Made by a program: the position numbers and the translations under genes | The notes under the pieces: generated by a model | Told to the model about the DNA's origin: nothing | Databases searched by the model: none | The model's input: the letters and a program-made list of their open reading frames with translations, nothing else | Source of the DNA: Squalus acanthias | Lineage: Eukaryota | NCBI GenBank assembly: GCA_030390025.1 | Contig: CM059438.1 | Location: 69,380,001 to 69,444,000 of the forward strand | Direction: 5' to 3' | Length of the DNA: 64,000 nucleotides | Shown here: one piece after another, positions 22,629-34,506 of the stretch | Layout of the letters: every line of letters starts with the position of its first letter | Numbering within the stretch: position 1 is the stretch's first letter

Positions 22629-23964
22629 AAACAAACAGCCTCCAAGGCATACATTTCATCAGGGCTTGTTGTGCTGTTTGAGATGTTTTATTTGTTAATC
22701 ATCGTTGCCAGTATTAGATGACCGTATCAGGCATGCTCGTCCATGATGCCTTAAAATTTAATGGGATCAATTGGCAACGGAACCTTTTTTGCTTTTGGAA
22801 AATTGAATACACCACCCATCAAATATATTTCAATTCAAACAAAACTCAAAATAAAAGTTTTATTGGTTATTAGAAGCACAATGGGAACAGATTTTCTAAA
22901 CTGAATGAGTGGATCGGGGGGGGGGGGGGGTGGTGGTTAGATCCTGAACAAGTGTCTTCTCCTTTTCCTAACTTCTGCATCTGGATTGTTTCACCCTTCA
23001 TGACTCTCAAACTGAATCATGCGAGAACTTAATTTCCTGCAGTTGGTAAAACAGGAGGCAAATTCACACAGCCCCTCTTCTGAACACCTTCTTGATTACA
23101 GCAATATCTAAAGTGTGCTCATCAAAATCAGACTTTTGCTGTGTCGCTGTGTGGTTTTTCTTTCCTACAGCTGAATAAGCTGTTAATTTCCCTGCATTTG
23201 GTGGAAGGGGACCTGCAGTGTGCAAAGTAGGGAAGTGAGAATTTGTTGTGATATTTTGCTAACTAAACTACAGTAAGTATATTTAGTGCATCTTCAGCTC
23301 TTTTATCAGTTCACTTCATTAGTTGCGTGCTGTACAAAATGCACAAGATTCTGGGAAGGTGGAGTCAATTTTGGAATCAGGCAGAAAACAGTGGAACACC
23401 AGCCGGCCCTGGCTGATTAAGTGTGATAAATTTCTTTCTTGCATCCAATTTAAACTAATGTATATTTGCTATAAATTCCAGAAATCTATGCAGCTGTGGC
23501 GGTCTTGGTGTATGGATATGAGAAAACATGCACAATAGTTGCCTTGGATGAAAAAAAATGTGGAAAATTATTGAAACTCCCTGTAGTCTGTCTCTAGCGA
23601 TCAGATTCTATGCTTCAGAGCCTCCACTCTTCCTTCTCAGAGGCTGTAAAGATGTGGTTTTCTGTATAGATTCTACTGCATTTTCAGACTCTCTCGGTTC
23701 AGGGAATAAGTGTGTGCTACTCAAATTATTAGCATAAAATTCAATGCTTGTTATGAAAACATAGTATAAGAATATTTATTAGATCAATTTATGGAGAAAC
23801 AACAAGGGAATCAGTCAGTGTGAATCAGGTCTGTAATAATAAACTATGGAGCATTTCCATGCTTGTAACACTGAATATAAGATCATTTTAATCTTAAATC
23901 AAATTTTGTTCTCACGGTCGGGATTAATAGTACTAGGGGATTTTTTCCCCCCTTCTTACACATA

Positions 23965-24080
23965 ATAATAGCGTCAAGCATTCCCCAGTGAGATGCAGCT
24001 TTGATTAGATCCAGGGTATAGCGTTGCCCCAACAATATGCCTTAACCCCAGCTACACCAGTGTGACATTGCTATTTTTCA
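23965..24080 (-). mobile_element. LF-SINE-like 3' fragment
   Basis: Reverse complement resembles 42215-42300 (GGGGTTAAGGCATATTGTTGGGGCA...GGGAATGCTTGA). Confidence 0.4.
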
Positions 24081-24734
24081 CACCTCAACCCTGAGTGAAT
24101 CAGCCGCTCATTGTTTTCCCATGCTTGGACTCACTCCATGAGGAATTCTTTTTATGTGGGAAACTTGCAGTTATCAGAGCGAGGGGCTTTCATTTCATTA
24201 GTCTGGGTTCCAATTCATCGTCCCAGTGTTTGAATGCAGGCTTCTTTTATATGACTTAGTTGTTTTCCTCCAGCCTAAAGACAGTGATTTGCATGTGTTG
24301 CTCTCCCGTTTTATTTGGATGCAGATTGCCTTGAGCGCGAATGTGTCGTGTGGAGAGTCATGTCCTTAGCAGAATGTAAACACAGGATCAGGTTCATGTC
24401 CTTCTCCCTGAATCTGATGGTCCATCTGAAGACCTATGTATTCATGGGTCTACAATGCTAACAATTCCCGAAGAGTTAGATATTTATTCTGTGGAAGGAG
24501 AGCTACGTATCTCACCTTTTAATATAAAAGTAACTTGACTATGGAGCCCAGTTTGAGAACAGAAAATTATTTTCATAGACCAACGTTGTAATTTCTGCAA
24601 AAGTGTTCAACAATCTTTAAATGGGCTGTGTCACACTAGACCAAAGCTAAATGAAGGAACTGATATTTTGGACTTCATAGTCTTTCTGATTTCAAAGGTG
24701 AATTCAAATAAAATCACTGGATGAGTAGAAATTT

Positions 24735-25557
24735 CCTCCAATTAAATATTGGGAAGACCGAAGTCATTGTCTTCGGTTAATGCCACAAACTCCATTCCCT
24801 TTCTACTGATTCGATCTCTCTCCCCTCTAACATTGGTGTCATACTTGATCACGAATTGAGCTTCCTACCTCATATCCGTCTATCACTAAGACTGCCCATT
24901 TCCACCTTTATAATATCACCTGTCTCCGCCCTTACCTCAACTTATCTGCTGCTGAAACCCTCATCCATGCCTTTATCACCTCTAGACTTGATTATTCCAA
25001 TGCACACCTGGCCGGCCTCCCTTGTTCTACTCCCCATAAACTTGAGCTCATCCAAAACTCTGCCGCCCGTGTGCTAAATCGCACTAAGTCCCGCTCACCC
25101 ATCTCCCCTGTGCTCACTGACCTATATTGGCTCCCAGTTAAGCAGCGCCTTGATTTTAAAATTCTCATTCTTGTTTTCAAATCCCTCCATGGCCTCGCCA
25201 CTCCCTATCTTTGTAATCTCTTCCAGCCCTGTAATCCCCCTAGACCTCTGCGCTCCACCTATTCTGGCCTTTTGAACTCCCTGATTTTAAATGCTCCACC
25301 ATTGGCGGTTGTGCCTTCAGCTGCCTAGGTCCTAAGCTCTGGAATTCCCTCCCTAAATCTCTCCGCCTCTCCACTTCTCTTTCCTCCTTTTAAGACGCTC
25401 CTTAAAACCTACCTCTTTGGCCAAGCTTTTGGTCATCTGCCCTAACATCTCCTTATATGGCTTGGGGTCAATTTTTTTTGATAACACTTCTGTGAAGCAC
25501 CTTGGGACGTTTTACTAAGTTAAAGACACTATATAAATATAAGTTGCTGTTGTTGTT
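24735..25557 (+). mobile_element. L2 LINE 3' fragment
   Basis: LIHAFITSRLDYSNA...LELIQNSAARVL...SPISPVLTDLYWLPVKQRLDFKIL; tail CTATATAAATATAAGTTGCTGTTG. Confidence 0.9.
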
Positions 25558-25649
25558 AGGTATGAAAGTTCAGTGTGCCTTTTCAATTCATTCATTCATA
25601 AAACAGAAATCCTGTTCCGCTGTCCTAACAGTCTCATGGGTAGAGGCAC

Positions 25650-25990
25650 AAGTTAATATAAGGCCACACTGATAAGTTCTAGTTGTGCTCCCTAGTATGT
25701 ATTAAGTCAGTTTATCACATAGGAACAGCAGTAGAATCTCTACAGTTGGGCTCAGCACCCTTGGCTAAAGAGGAGATAAATTAGTCATTGTTCCCATTCC
25801 TGATCGCTGTCAGATAATTGCTGTTGGAAAGTGAGCAAGTGTGAACATTGCATGACAGCAAGTTAGGGCTTACCTGTGATGCCACCTAATGTCAAATAGA
25901 TCACCGACAAGCACTGTCCAGGACTTGCACGTGAAGAATGACCATCTGTGTGACGTTCTGGAGGACTGCTGGTACCAGTGGACCTCCATG
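25650..25990 (+). repeat. old interspersed SINE-like repeat
   Basis: Shares TCCTGAT..C, TGTGATGCC and CACGTGAAGAATG motifs with 30310-30535 and 38545-38840, and with the reverse strand of 6690-6890. Confidence 0.5.
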
Positions 25991-26429
25991 AGAGGAAGGG
26001 AGACAACTGGACATCAAATTCCTGAATCAACTGTAATACAAACTCAAAGGCAACATTTGTTTGCAGATGAGTTCTTTGGTTGTCTGCGCTGTTCTGCGCG
26101 GGTTTCTGTAACACATTTATGTCAGTCTTTATTCTATTCCCTCTCAAAGCCTATGTGTTGCAATCTCATCACACACTTGTCAGTTTCGGAATAGAGGTGT
26201 ATAACATGACTTTATGATAGCATAGTTATTCAAAGCAGGATGCCTGTGTATCAATGATCTTGTTGAATACCAATAGCCTTGTCATTTTGTTATTTGCTTT
26301 TTGTTCGGGGAGAAAAGGCTTTCTAATTGGCAAGATAGAAGCATTTTTTGCAGGCCTCGTGGAATTGTTCCAATTAATTTGGCGTGAGACAGACACAGCA
26401 GAGAAAACCCAACCATCTGTTTATTCCTT

Positions 26430-27010
26430 GCAAGCTACCTCCCCAACACCAACCTCCCATTTCTCTCCAAAGTCCTTGAACGGGTTATCGCTTCCCAAAT
26501 ACGTGCCCATCTTTCCTGCAACTTTAACCTCTCCAATCAGGTTTCCGCCCCTGCCACAGCACCGAAATGGCCCTAATCAAAGTCACAAATGACATCCTCT
26601 GAGATCCCATGTCCAAATCTCATTCACCCATCACCCATGTGCTCACCTCGATTTAAAAATTCTCACCCTCATTTTCAAATCCCTATATGGTCTCGCCCCT
26701 CCCTATCTCTGTAACCATCCCCAGCCTTGCAGCCCTCTAAGAATTCTGCGTTCCTCCAACTTTGGCCGCTTGTGCATCCCCTACTACCTTTACCCTACCA
26801 TTGGCAGCCGTGCCTTCAGCTGTCTAGGCTCTAAGCTCTGGAATTTCCTCCTTAAACCTCTCCGCCTCCCCACCAATCTCTCCTCATTTAAGATGCTCCT
26901 TAAGACCTGCCTCTTTGACGAAGCTTTTGGTCACTTGACCTAAAGTCTGATTATGCTCCTTGGGGCATTTTACTATGTTAAAGGTGCTATAAAAATGCAA
27001 GATGTTGTTT
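26430..27010 (+). mobile_element. L2 LINE fragments (internally deleted)
   Basis: CCAATCAGGTTTCCGCCCCTGCCACAGCACCGAAA (QSGFRP.HSTE) joined to a 3' end similar to 25100-25550. Confidence 0.8.
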
Positions 27011-27591
27011 ATTGTGGGTTTCTATATTGCAGTACGTGAGTATATTGTAATTTCACAACATTCTTCTGTGACATTCCAAGACTGATCGATATAGACACTG
27101 GAGCTCATAATTGGTATCTCAATCAACTTAATTGAGGTTAGAATAGCAAACAAAGGGATACTTGTGCGGACAACAGGATCAGTGGGGGATGAGGAGACAC
27201 AAATAGAATGCTGGAGCATCTCTTCACTTTTCACATTATCATTGCTTTAAGCATAGTCTTGCTTGTAAACTATCAGTTTTGTACCCACATTAAAGTCGTA
27301 ATAAGAAATTATAGTAGAATGACGGTTTTGTAAGTCATGCCAGTGCATGGATAGCAGTGTGCTAACATACCTCCATGCATTTCCTGTGGGTATGATAATT
27401 ATAATGTGTCCTAGGTTTGTCCGCCTTTTGGTATCTTGCCAACCATATTTCTTCTTCTGCTTTCTGGCATAAAATTAAAACATTACACAAATATTGAGTT
27501 TTCTGTGTTTGCAGTGAATTCCTATCAATTGTTTAATGTGTACAAGACATAAAGCAAATTAAGAAGTTTTATTTTCTGGCATGCTTCATTT

Positions 27592-27903
27592 AAAGAAAGA
27601 AAGACTTGCATTTATATAGCGCCTTTCATGACCTCAGGATGTCATAAAGCGCTTGACAGCCAATGAAGTACTTTTTGAAGCGTTGTCACTGTTGTAATGT
27701 GGGAAACGCAGCAGCCAATTTGCGCACTGCAAGCTCCCACAAACAGCAATGTGATAATGACCAGATAATCTGTTTCAGTGATGTTGATAAATATTGGCCA
27801 GGACACTGGGGATAACTCCTCTGTTCTTCGAAAGCACTGGTGTGTGAGCCTAGATTTTTGTCTCAGGAGTAGGACTTGAATCCACAACCTTCTGACCTAG
27901 AGC
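27592..27903 (-). mobile_element. Deu-domain SINE; its head continues at 29838-29870 after the Tx1 insertion
   Basis: AAAGAAAGACTTGCATTTATATAGCGCC...CTTGAATCCACAACCTTCTGAC; the remainder GAGAGTGCTACCTCCTGAGCCACAGCTGAC is at 29841-29870. Confidence 0.85.
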
Positions 27904-27917
27904 TGAGGTTGCTGCTC

Positions 27918-29838
27918 TTTTTTTTAATATTATTTATTGAACATTAAAAACATTTACAACATCGTGATTATTCCATTGTATCATACAAATCCATTCTGCC
28001 GCTCTGCACAGCCATTCCTCCACCACATATTAACATCAAAACCTGAAGTTTAATTGTCTCCCATAACATATACTAATCCATTGTACTTTAAAAATTAATC
28101 AGTAATCATGGCTTCGAATAAGGGAAGTGTGCCTGATAATCCCCCCATCATTTAATCTCCAGCTCTTCCCCATCTCTCATGCTCCTTCCCAACTTTTTGG
28201 GCAGCTGTTGCTTTCTCCTGCAGCCTCCAGCTCTTTTTCACCTCCTGTTTGAACCTTCCCTGCAGTTTCAGCCTCTTCCTTACATTAGGTTTGGGCCGAG
28301 GAGCTGCCCCTTCTCCCTCCTTCTGCCCCTCACTAACCTCTCCCTTTCCACACGATACCACCCCACCCCCCACTTCCATGTCTCTGTCCCCCTCTGACTC
28401 CTCACTCTCGAGCTCTTCTGTAACCTGCCGTTCCTGCTCCCCGTCAGATACATAATCTCCCTTAGAGAGTCTTCCTGCGATCACAGTTTCTCCAACAGTG
28501 CCACGCCCTTCGGCCTCATCTCTGCCGCTGACCCTTGCTCCCCGTTTCTTCTCTCTCTGGGACACTGGCGCATCTGCACCTCCCTTGCTCCCTTCTGGTG
28601 TCTTTGTCTCCCTGCTCCTGTCCTGCTGCCCCTTTAAGGCTCCTGCCTCTTGCACCCTCTCCTTGTCTTGCCCCCTCCTGCTGCCTGAGATGTCAGACTT
28701 TCTTTGGAGTATTTACACTTATCCCGCACCTGCCTCCTCTCCCCCCCCGCCCCCCCCCGCGGACACCAGATTCTTTAGGGAGAGCCGAGCCGTATTATGG
28801 CTTGACTCTGCCCTTGACCCATGCTGCCCGCTGCTGTCTTTGTCCTTTTCCACCGTACTTGGTGTGTTTTCCACCATCTCCATCCTATTTTTGCTCCGCA
28901 ATTTTCTGCCTCTTCCTGCGCTCTTTTCTCCTTCCAGCTGTGTCCTCCACCTGCTCCGCTCCTCCAGCCGCTCCACTCACACCTCCTGCTCCTTCTCCTA
29001 CTCCCATCTCCTCATCACTCAAGGAGCTTCCTTCTGCCTCACATTCACAGCGGGTGGGGCCTTTGTGACACACCCCACAGCTCTCTGCCTTGCAGCTCCG
29101 AGCGATGAGTCCAGACTCGCCGCAGTTATAACAGTACAAGTATGGACAGCTTCTTACAAGATGGTCATGTCCAAGACAATAATAACAAACGTTCACCTGC
29201 TTATCATGCAGTACCCGGAAGTACTGCACTCCTTCCATTGTCTTGAATTTCATGCTATACGGCAATGACTTCACCCCCTCTGGGAACTGCACCTATATAT
29301 AATGGGTTCCATCTGCTACCTGCGTTCCTGGATAGTATCTCCTTTTTATTGCCGAGTATATTTTAATGTCCCACGACTCCAACTTATTAACTCATTGTCC
29401 TCAATATAAACTGGCAGGTTTAAGAATGAGACCACCACCTCTTCACAATATAGCAGAGATACCTCCAAGAACTTATCTCCAACCATCAAACTCAGTAAAA
29501 GTCTTTCCACCTCCTCTCAGCCACTGACGGTCACCTCGAACCCAACATTCGGCTTTGGTCGACAGGCAAAGTAGCTTCCCTTCCGCAGTCCTTGTGTCCC
29601 GCCTGGATAATATCCCAAGCTCGTATCTCCTTATCATCGCACTGAGCCACCACCGTGTTTTCTTTTCCAAAACTCCTGGGGTCCTGGCCCAAATCTTTGG
29701 GCCTTTTTTCCTCCCTTCCCCCAGCAGCTATTTAAGGACCAAAAAGGTCCTAAAACCTGAAACAAAAACCCACCAACAACTTTTTACAAACTCACTCCAA
29801 CTCCCTGCAGCACCTGCTCAATCCTAGCCCCTCCCACC
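27918..29838 (-). mobile_element. Tx1/L1-clade element with a degenerate ORF1 only (zinc knuckles), 3' UTR, AATAAA and poly(A)
   Basis: Minus strand EVVVSFLNLPVYIEDNE...IKRRYYPGTQVADGTHY.VQFPEGVKSLPYSMKF...FRVLHDKQVNVCYYCLGHDHLVRSCP..CYNCGESGLIARSC..CGVCHK, then a low-complexity charged tail to 28152, AATAAA at about 27938-27933 and an A-run at 27918-27925. Confidence 0.82.
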
Positions 29839-29934
29839 TAGAGAGTGCTACCTCCTGAGCCACAGCTGACATTTAAATAGGCTTACTGGTGCATTCTGAG
29901 CTTCATCGGGCTTGTTTGTGCTGATGGGACCCAC

Positions 29935-30270
29935 CAGAATTACCAACCCTCCAGGAGTGTCCTGGAGTCTCCAGGAATTGAAGATTAATCTCCAGGATAC
30001 TGCTGCACACAACCCAGGAGAAAAATTTGTTTTTTTCATTTTCTTTAAACACTTTCATTTATTAGTTATGAAAATATTGGAGATGAAGGAGAAAGGCTGT
30101 TTCACTAACAAGATTCATCCAATTGGGTAACAAAAAGTCTGTTCCTTTAACCAATTGGCGTGGGAAGGCAGTGCGCCTAGAGGATGGACCAGTAGCAGGT
30201 GGGATGCTTCGAGGCGGGAGTTCATGTGATGAAACCTCCAGGAATAGACCCAACCAGAGTTAGCAACCCG
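29935..30270 (+). mobile_element. hAT (Blackjack-like) MITE
   Basis: Degenerate GGGTTGCCAAC-type termini; an opposite-orientation copy is at 53343-53680. Confidence 0.55.
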
Positions 30271-30756
30271 AGGGCCCACTCTTTCTATTTACAGACATGA
30301 CCCCACTCCAGTGTGCCACCTAATGGCCAGCTAAGGGGTTAGAATGGCTGTTGGTGATTTTCTGCCTACCTCGGTGTAACAAGAGGTCCTAGAACAGGTT
30401 TGGCTTGACCGTGATGTCCTTTCTAATTGAAAAACCTGCCAACAGTCACTGTCAATGCTCACACGTGAAGAATAGCCACTGAAGCAAAGTGCTTGGAGAG
30501 CTGTTGGCGCCCATGGAACTGCACCCCAGCAAGAGTTCTATACATTAGGAAAGGAGAGAAGAAGAGAAAAGCTAGAACATAAAAGGATAGTGAAAAGAAA
30601 AGTAAATGGTAATTTATTCATTAAAGAAGAGGCCTTTGTGAATGAAAAAGTAAAATCAGCTGAAGAATTTTCAATGGGGAAAAAAGACCAAATGCATATT
30701 TCCCTGAATATTATGGTCAAGAATTTTCTCGCACCTATTCCGGCTCTGCCACTAAT

Positions 30757-32006
30757 TAACTGGTAGTTAGTTTTACTTTAGTAGTTAGTAAACTTCTAGG
30801 GTCTATGAAACAGGATGAAATTGCTAAGCAGTTGAAGAAACATGACTTAATCAGGGCAGTCAGCATGAATTTCCAACAGGTGAAGCAGGCCGTATGTGAC
30901 AGCCTTATAGAATTCGTTGAAGAAATAGTAGAAAGGATAGATAAAAGAAATGCAGTGGATGTGGATTTGCCAAGTGTTTGATAAGGCACCACGTAGAGAC
31001 TTATGGCACAGATAATGGCTCATGGAATTCATGGGAATGTGACCACATGGATAGAGAGATGGTTGGAGGGCAGAAAGCAAATTGAAGTTATTCAGACTGG
31101 AATAATATTTTGAGTGGGGGGTCTGTGTTGTGGCTGCTTTATATATGCACAGAAATCCATGTTGAACTTTGCCGAGGACACCAAAATTGTGGTATAAAAA
31201 TTGTGAGGAGGATTGTGAAGTTCTGCATGAGGACATAGATAGACTGATAGAATGGGCAGATAGTGGCAGGTACAGGTCGATGTAGCAAAATGTGAAGTAC
31301 TACATTTTATAGGTAAGAATGGGGAAAGGAAATGCATCTTTGGTGAGCTGTTAAATGGAGTTGAGGAGCAGAGGGACCTTGGTCTGGAGATACACCGTTC
31401 TTTACAGGTAGCAGTGCAAGTAGATAAGGCTATTTAAAAAAAGGCAAATGGAATCCTTGGTCTTGTGGTAGAGAATACAAAAGCAAAGACGTAATATTGA
31501 GCTTGTATAAGACTTTGGTTAGGCTGAATTTGGAGTATTATGCACAGTTTTGGGCACCCCTTTAGTAAGGTTTAAAAGCAATGGAAAATGTGCAGCATTG
31601 AATCACTAAAATGTTACCAGGATGATACATTAAAAGTTATGAAGAGACTTATGAAGTTAAGGCTTTTTCACTGATCTGAGAAGAGTACTTATTGACTGGA
31701 TAGAACTCTATTGTGAAGGGTTATGATAAGATAACTAGCAATAGATTGTTTCCACCTGTTTGCAAGACAGTAACAAGAGGACAAAATGATTAAAGGGAAG
31801 GTTAGGAAAAAATAGAGGGTGGTTAGAATATGGAATTCTGTTGAAGTAGAGTCCATTATTTGTTTTTTAAAAGGGCATTAGATAGCTGTTTGAAAGAGGA
31901 ATGCTAAAGGATTTGAGAAGCAAGCAGGAGAGTGTCTTATGTGGAAAAAAGCACTGGCATAGACTTGATGGGCCAAATGACCCTCTACTATTCTACTCTT
32001 CTATGA
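30757..32006 (+). mobile_element. old CR1 LINE (RT to 3' end), heavily decayed
   Basis: TTTGCCGAGGACACCAAA (FAEDTK, decayed FADDTK), GTATAAGACTTTGGTTAGG (YKTLVR), TTCTATGA tail. Confidence 0.85.
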
Positions 32007-34506
32007 ACGTGTGTCTTTTGTGCCGAATATATCTGTTTAAGTGTGTGTTTTAAAGGTTTGCAGTCACTGAATTGAGGAGATTTTGGACAGGGCTTGATAT
32101 CAGTGTTTTATACAGATGCTGTCAGATCACACCACAAATTTTAATGTGTTGCTCAGATTTTTTTTCCTAAAGAAAGAAAAGAAATGCCACAAAACAATTT
32201 ATAGCATCAGACACGTTCATCATCGTCTCTTAGCCTCTGCAGTGAAGAGTCTTGCAAGATCCTTCACCTTAGTTATTTGCCCCTTTCAACAATACCAACT
32301 GTATAGTGCTAATTTTTTCAATTTCATGCTGTCAGTGATGAGACTCACCCGACAACAATGCCTAGTCTGAAAATTACCCCTTATAGCTATGGCAAATTCT
32401 TGCTGTGGCTGTTTGTCAACAGTGACTGGTTGAGCTAGCAATATAAATGCAGGTACAGAAAACCTTAGCGGCACGTTTCTGCTTCAGTTGATTATATTAG
32501 TTTTTCAACCCACTGAAGCCCACCCCTCTAGTATCTAGCTCTCCCAGTCTAGCATCTAACGGTATTTTCAAAGCCCCAGTGTCCATATTGCTACTATCCT
32601 GCCCTGCAGATTATTCAGACGTTTATCACCTTTTGCATGAACAAGACCCTTTTGATGTGTGTGCTACGTTTATTTCTACTAGTTTATGCATTAATGAAAT
32701 TTAGTTCTATTTTCTTACTTTATTTTAAAGTCATATTCAGGATTTACCCCCTTTAAGCCATTTTAACAACTTCAACAAGGTCCTCTGCCTTAACCATCTT
32801 CTCTTTAGGGTTAGTTTTTTTTTAATGTTTCCTCATAAGTTCTTCCTTCCTTGCCCTTCACTATCTCTGTGACCTTTGCAGCCCTACAATCTCCATTCCT
32901 CTGACCCTGGTTTCTTTAGCCTCTTCCCCTTTGCCTTACAATTGGCGGCCTTGTCTTCAGCCATCCAGATTCTACTTTCTGGAATCCCTTCCATAACTCC
33001 CTCTGTCTCTCCTTGTTATCGTCCTTTTCAAAATTGTTTTTGTTGCCTCTCTCCATTGATTGCCCATCTCTTTCATAGTGGAACGACTAGAACTGTACAA
33101 GTGCGGTATGAGCAGTGCATTGTATGACTTCACCGTTATTTGTAGTTTATCATTATCACGTGGTTGCTGATCATGGCCTCTGCCTCTTTATACAAGTGAT
33201 GGCGATGTATACAATACAGGTTAGCTGTGTGCTTGAAATCTGGTCAAAGAAGTCAATACCTGAGGTAAATTTAGCAATAGTTTACTCTGAAATCTGACAT
33301 TGGCTTCACTGTTGTACCAAGGAGTTGAGTTTTGTTGCCATTCCTTTACAAAGTCGAGTCCAAGCCAACTGAATCTGGCATTACTACATTCTTTAAAAAG
33401 TGCAAAAAATGATTTGTAAGATGTGAGCACAGTCATTTTTGTAATTAAATAAATACTCCAGGGTAATGGAGTCATGTTCATGAGCCTGAACACAGTCCCT
33501 GGTATTTTTCTCTGTGCGTTAGATGTAATGATTATTTAAACCTGTTGCAAGGTTTCTGCTACTCACCGTTGACACATTCTTTCTCACGATTTTTGTTAAC
33601 AATTGTGAACAGCAGTAAATTCCCCCCATAGTTGGTAAACATGTTTCTGAATTTGTTAGAACTGATGCATAAAGGAAAATAGCAGCAAAAAGTATAAGCT
33701 GGGCATGTGGCATCCTGTGATACTTCCACAAATCTCTACACTTACTCCACATTGTGCAAATCAGTGCTCTTGTAATAAAAGCAGTAGGTATGCTGCTTTC
33801 GAAGCACTTTTCAACAATAACAAATCGTTTGGCAGAATCGATTACTTGCCCCTAACTACAAGGTAATTACATGAAAATTGAAATCAGCACTTTGCCTCTA
33901 TTTGTAATGAGAATTTTTCCTTCATCAACATCGCTTCTGAAGAACTTGCTGCTCTTTAACACAACGCACTCTGATTTTTGAAATGCTGCAGCAGGATGAT
34001 GCAAAAGGCCCAGATGTTGAGCTCACCTCTTTTCTCTTGACTTAAAAATCAAACTAAATTAAAATATAATTAATTTTAAGAGTACTGTGCTTTTTTATCA
34101 ATACGGGCATTATAATGTTCAAGAACGGTTTTATTTTAATACAGCTCCTAGCTCAGTGCACCCAATTCAGGAAGTGGAGTCTCTGGGGATGATTTTCATC
34201 TCAGTACTGCTTCCATTCACGCCTACAAATGAGGCAGTAGTGCGACCAAAATAGTGGGTGAAACAACTGCTGTCTTACTGCTGATTGTCCACCCATTCTG
34301 ACTTTCGGGCGGACTTTGATTTAGATGACCAGAGCTCCCATCAGAAACAGGGCGGGGTCTCGTAAATATATGCAAATCAGGATCAAGTGAAGTTGTCGGG
34401 TTGCTACTGCCCATTACTGATCCCACCCACAAACCTTGGGTGGTACAATTCAGGAGGCAGCCATTGCCAGTGACATTTAAAGGGACCCTCAGCTACTCTC
34501 AGGTAA

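Noticed and set aside
28498..29268. 256-aa plus-strand ORF
   Set aside because: It is the antisense shadow of the purine-rich Tx1 ORF1.
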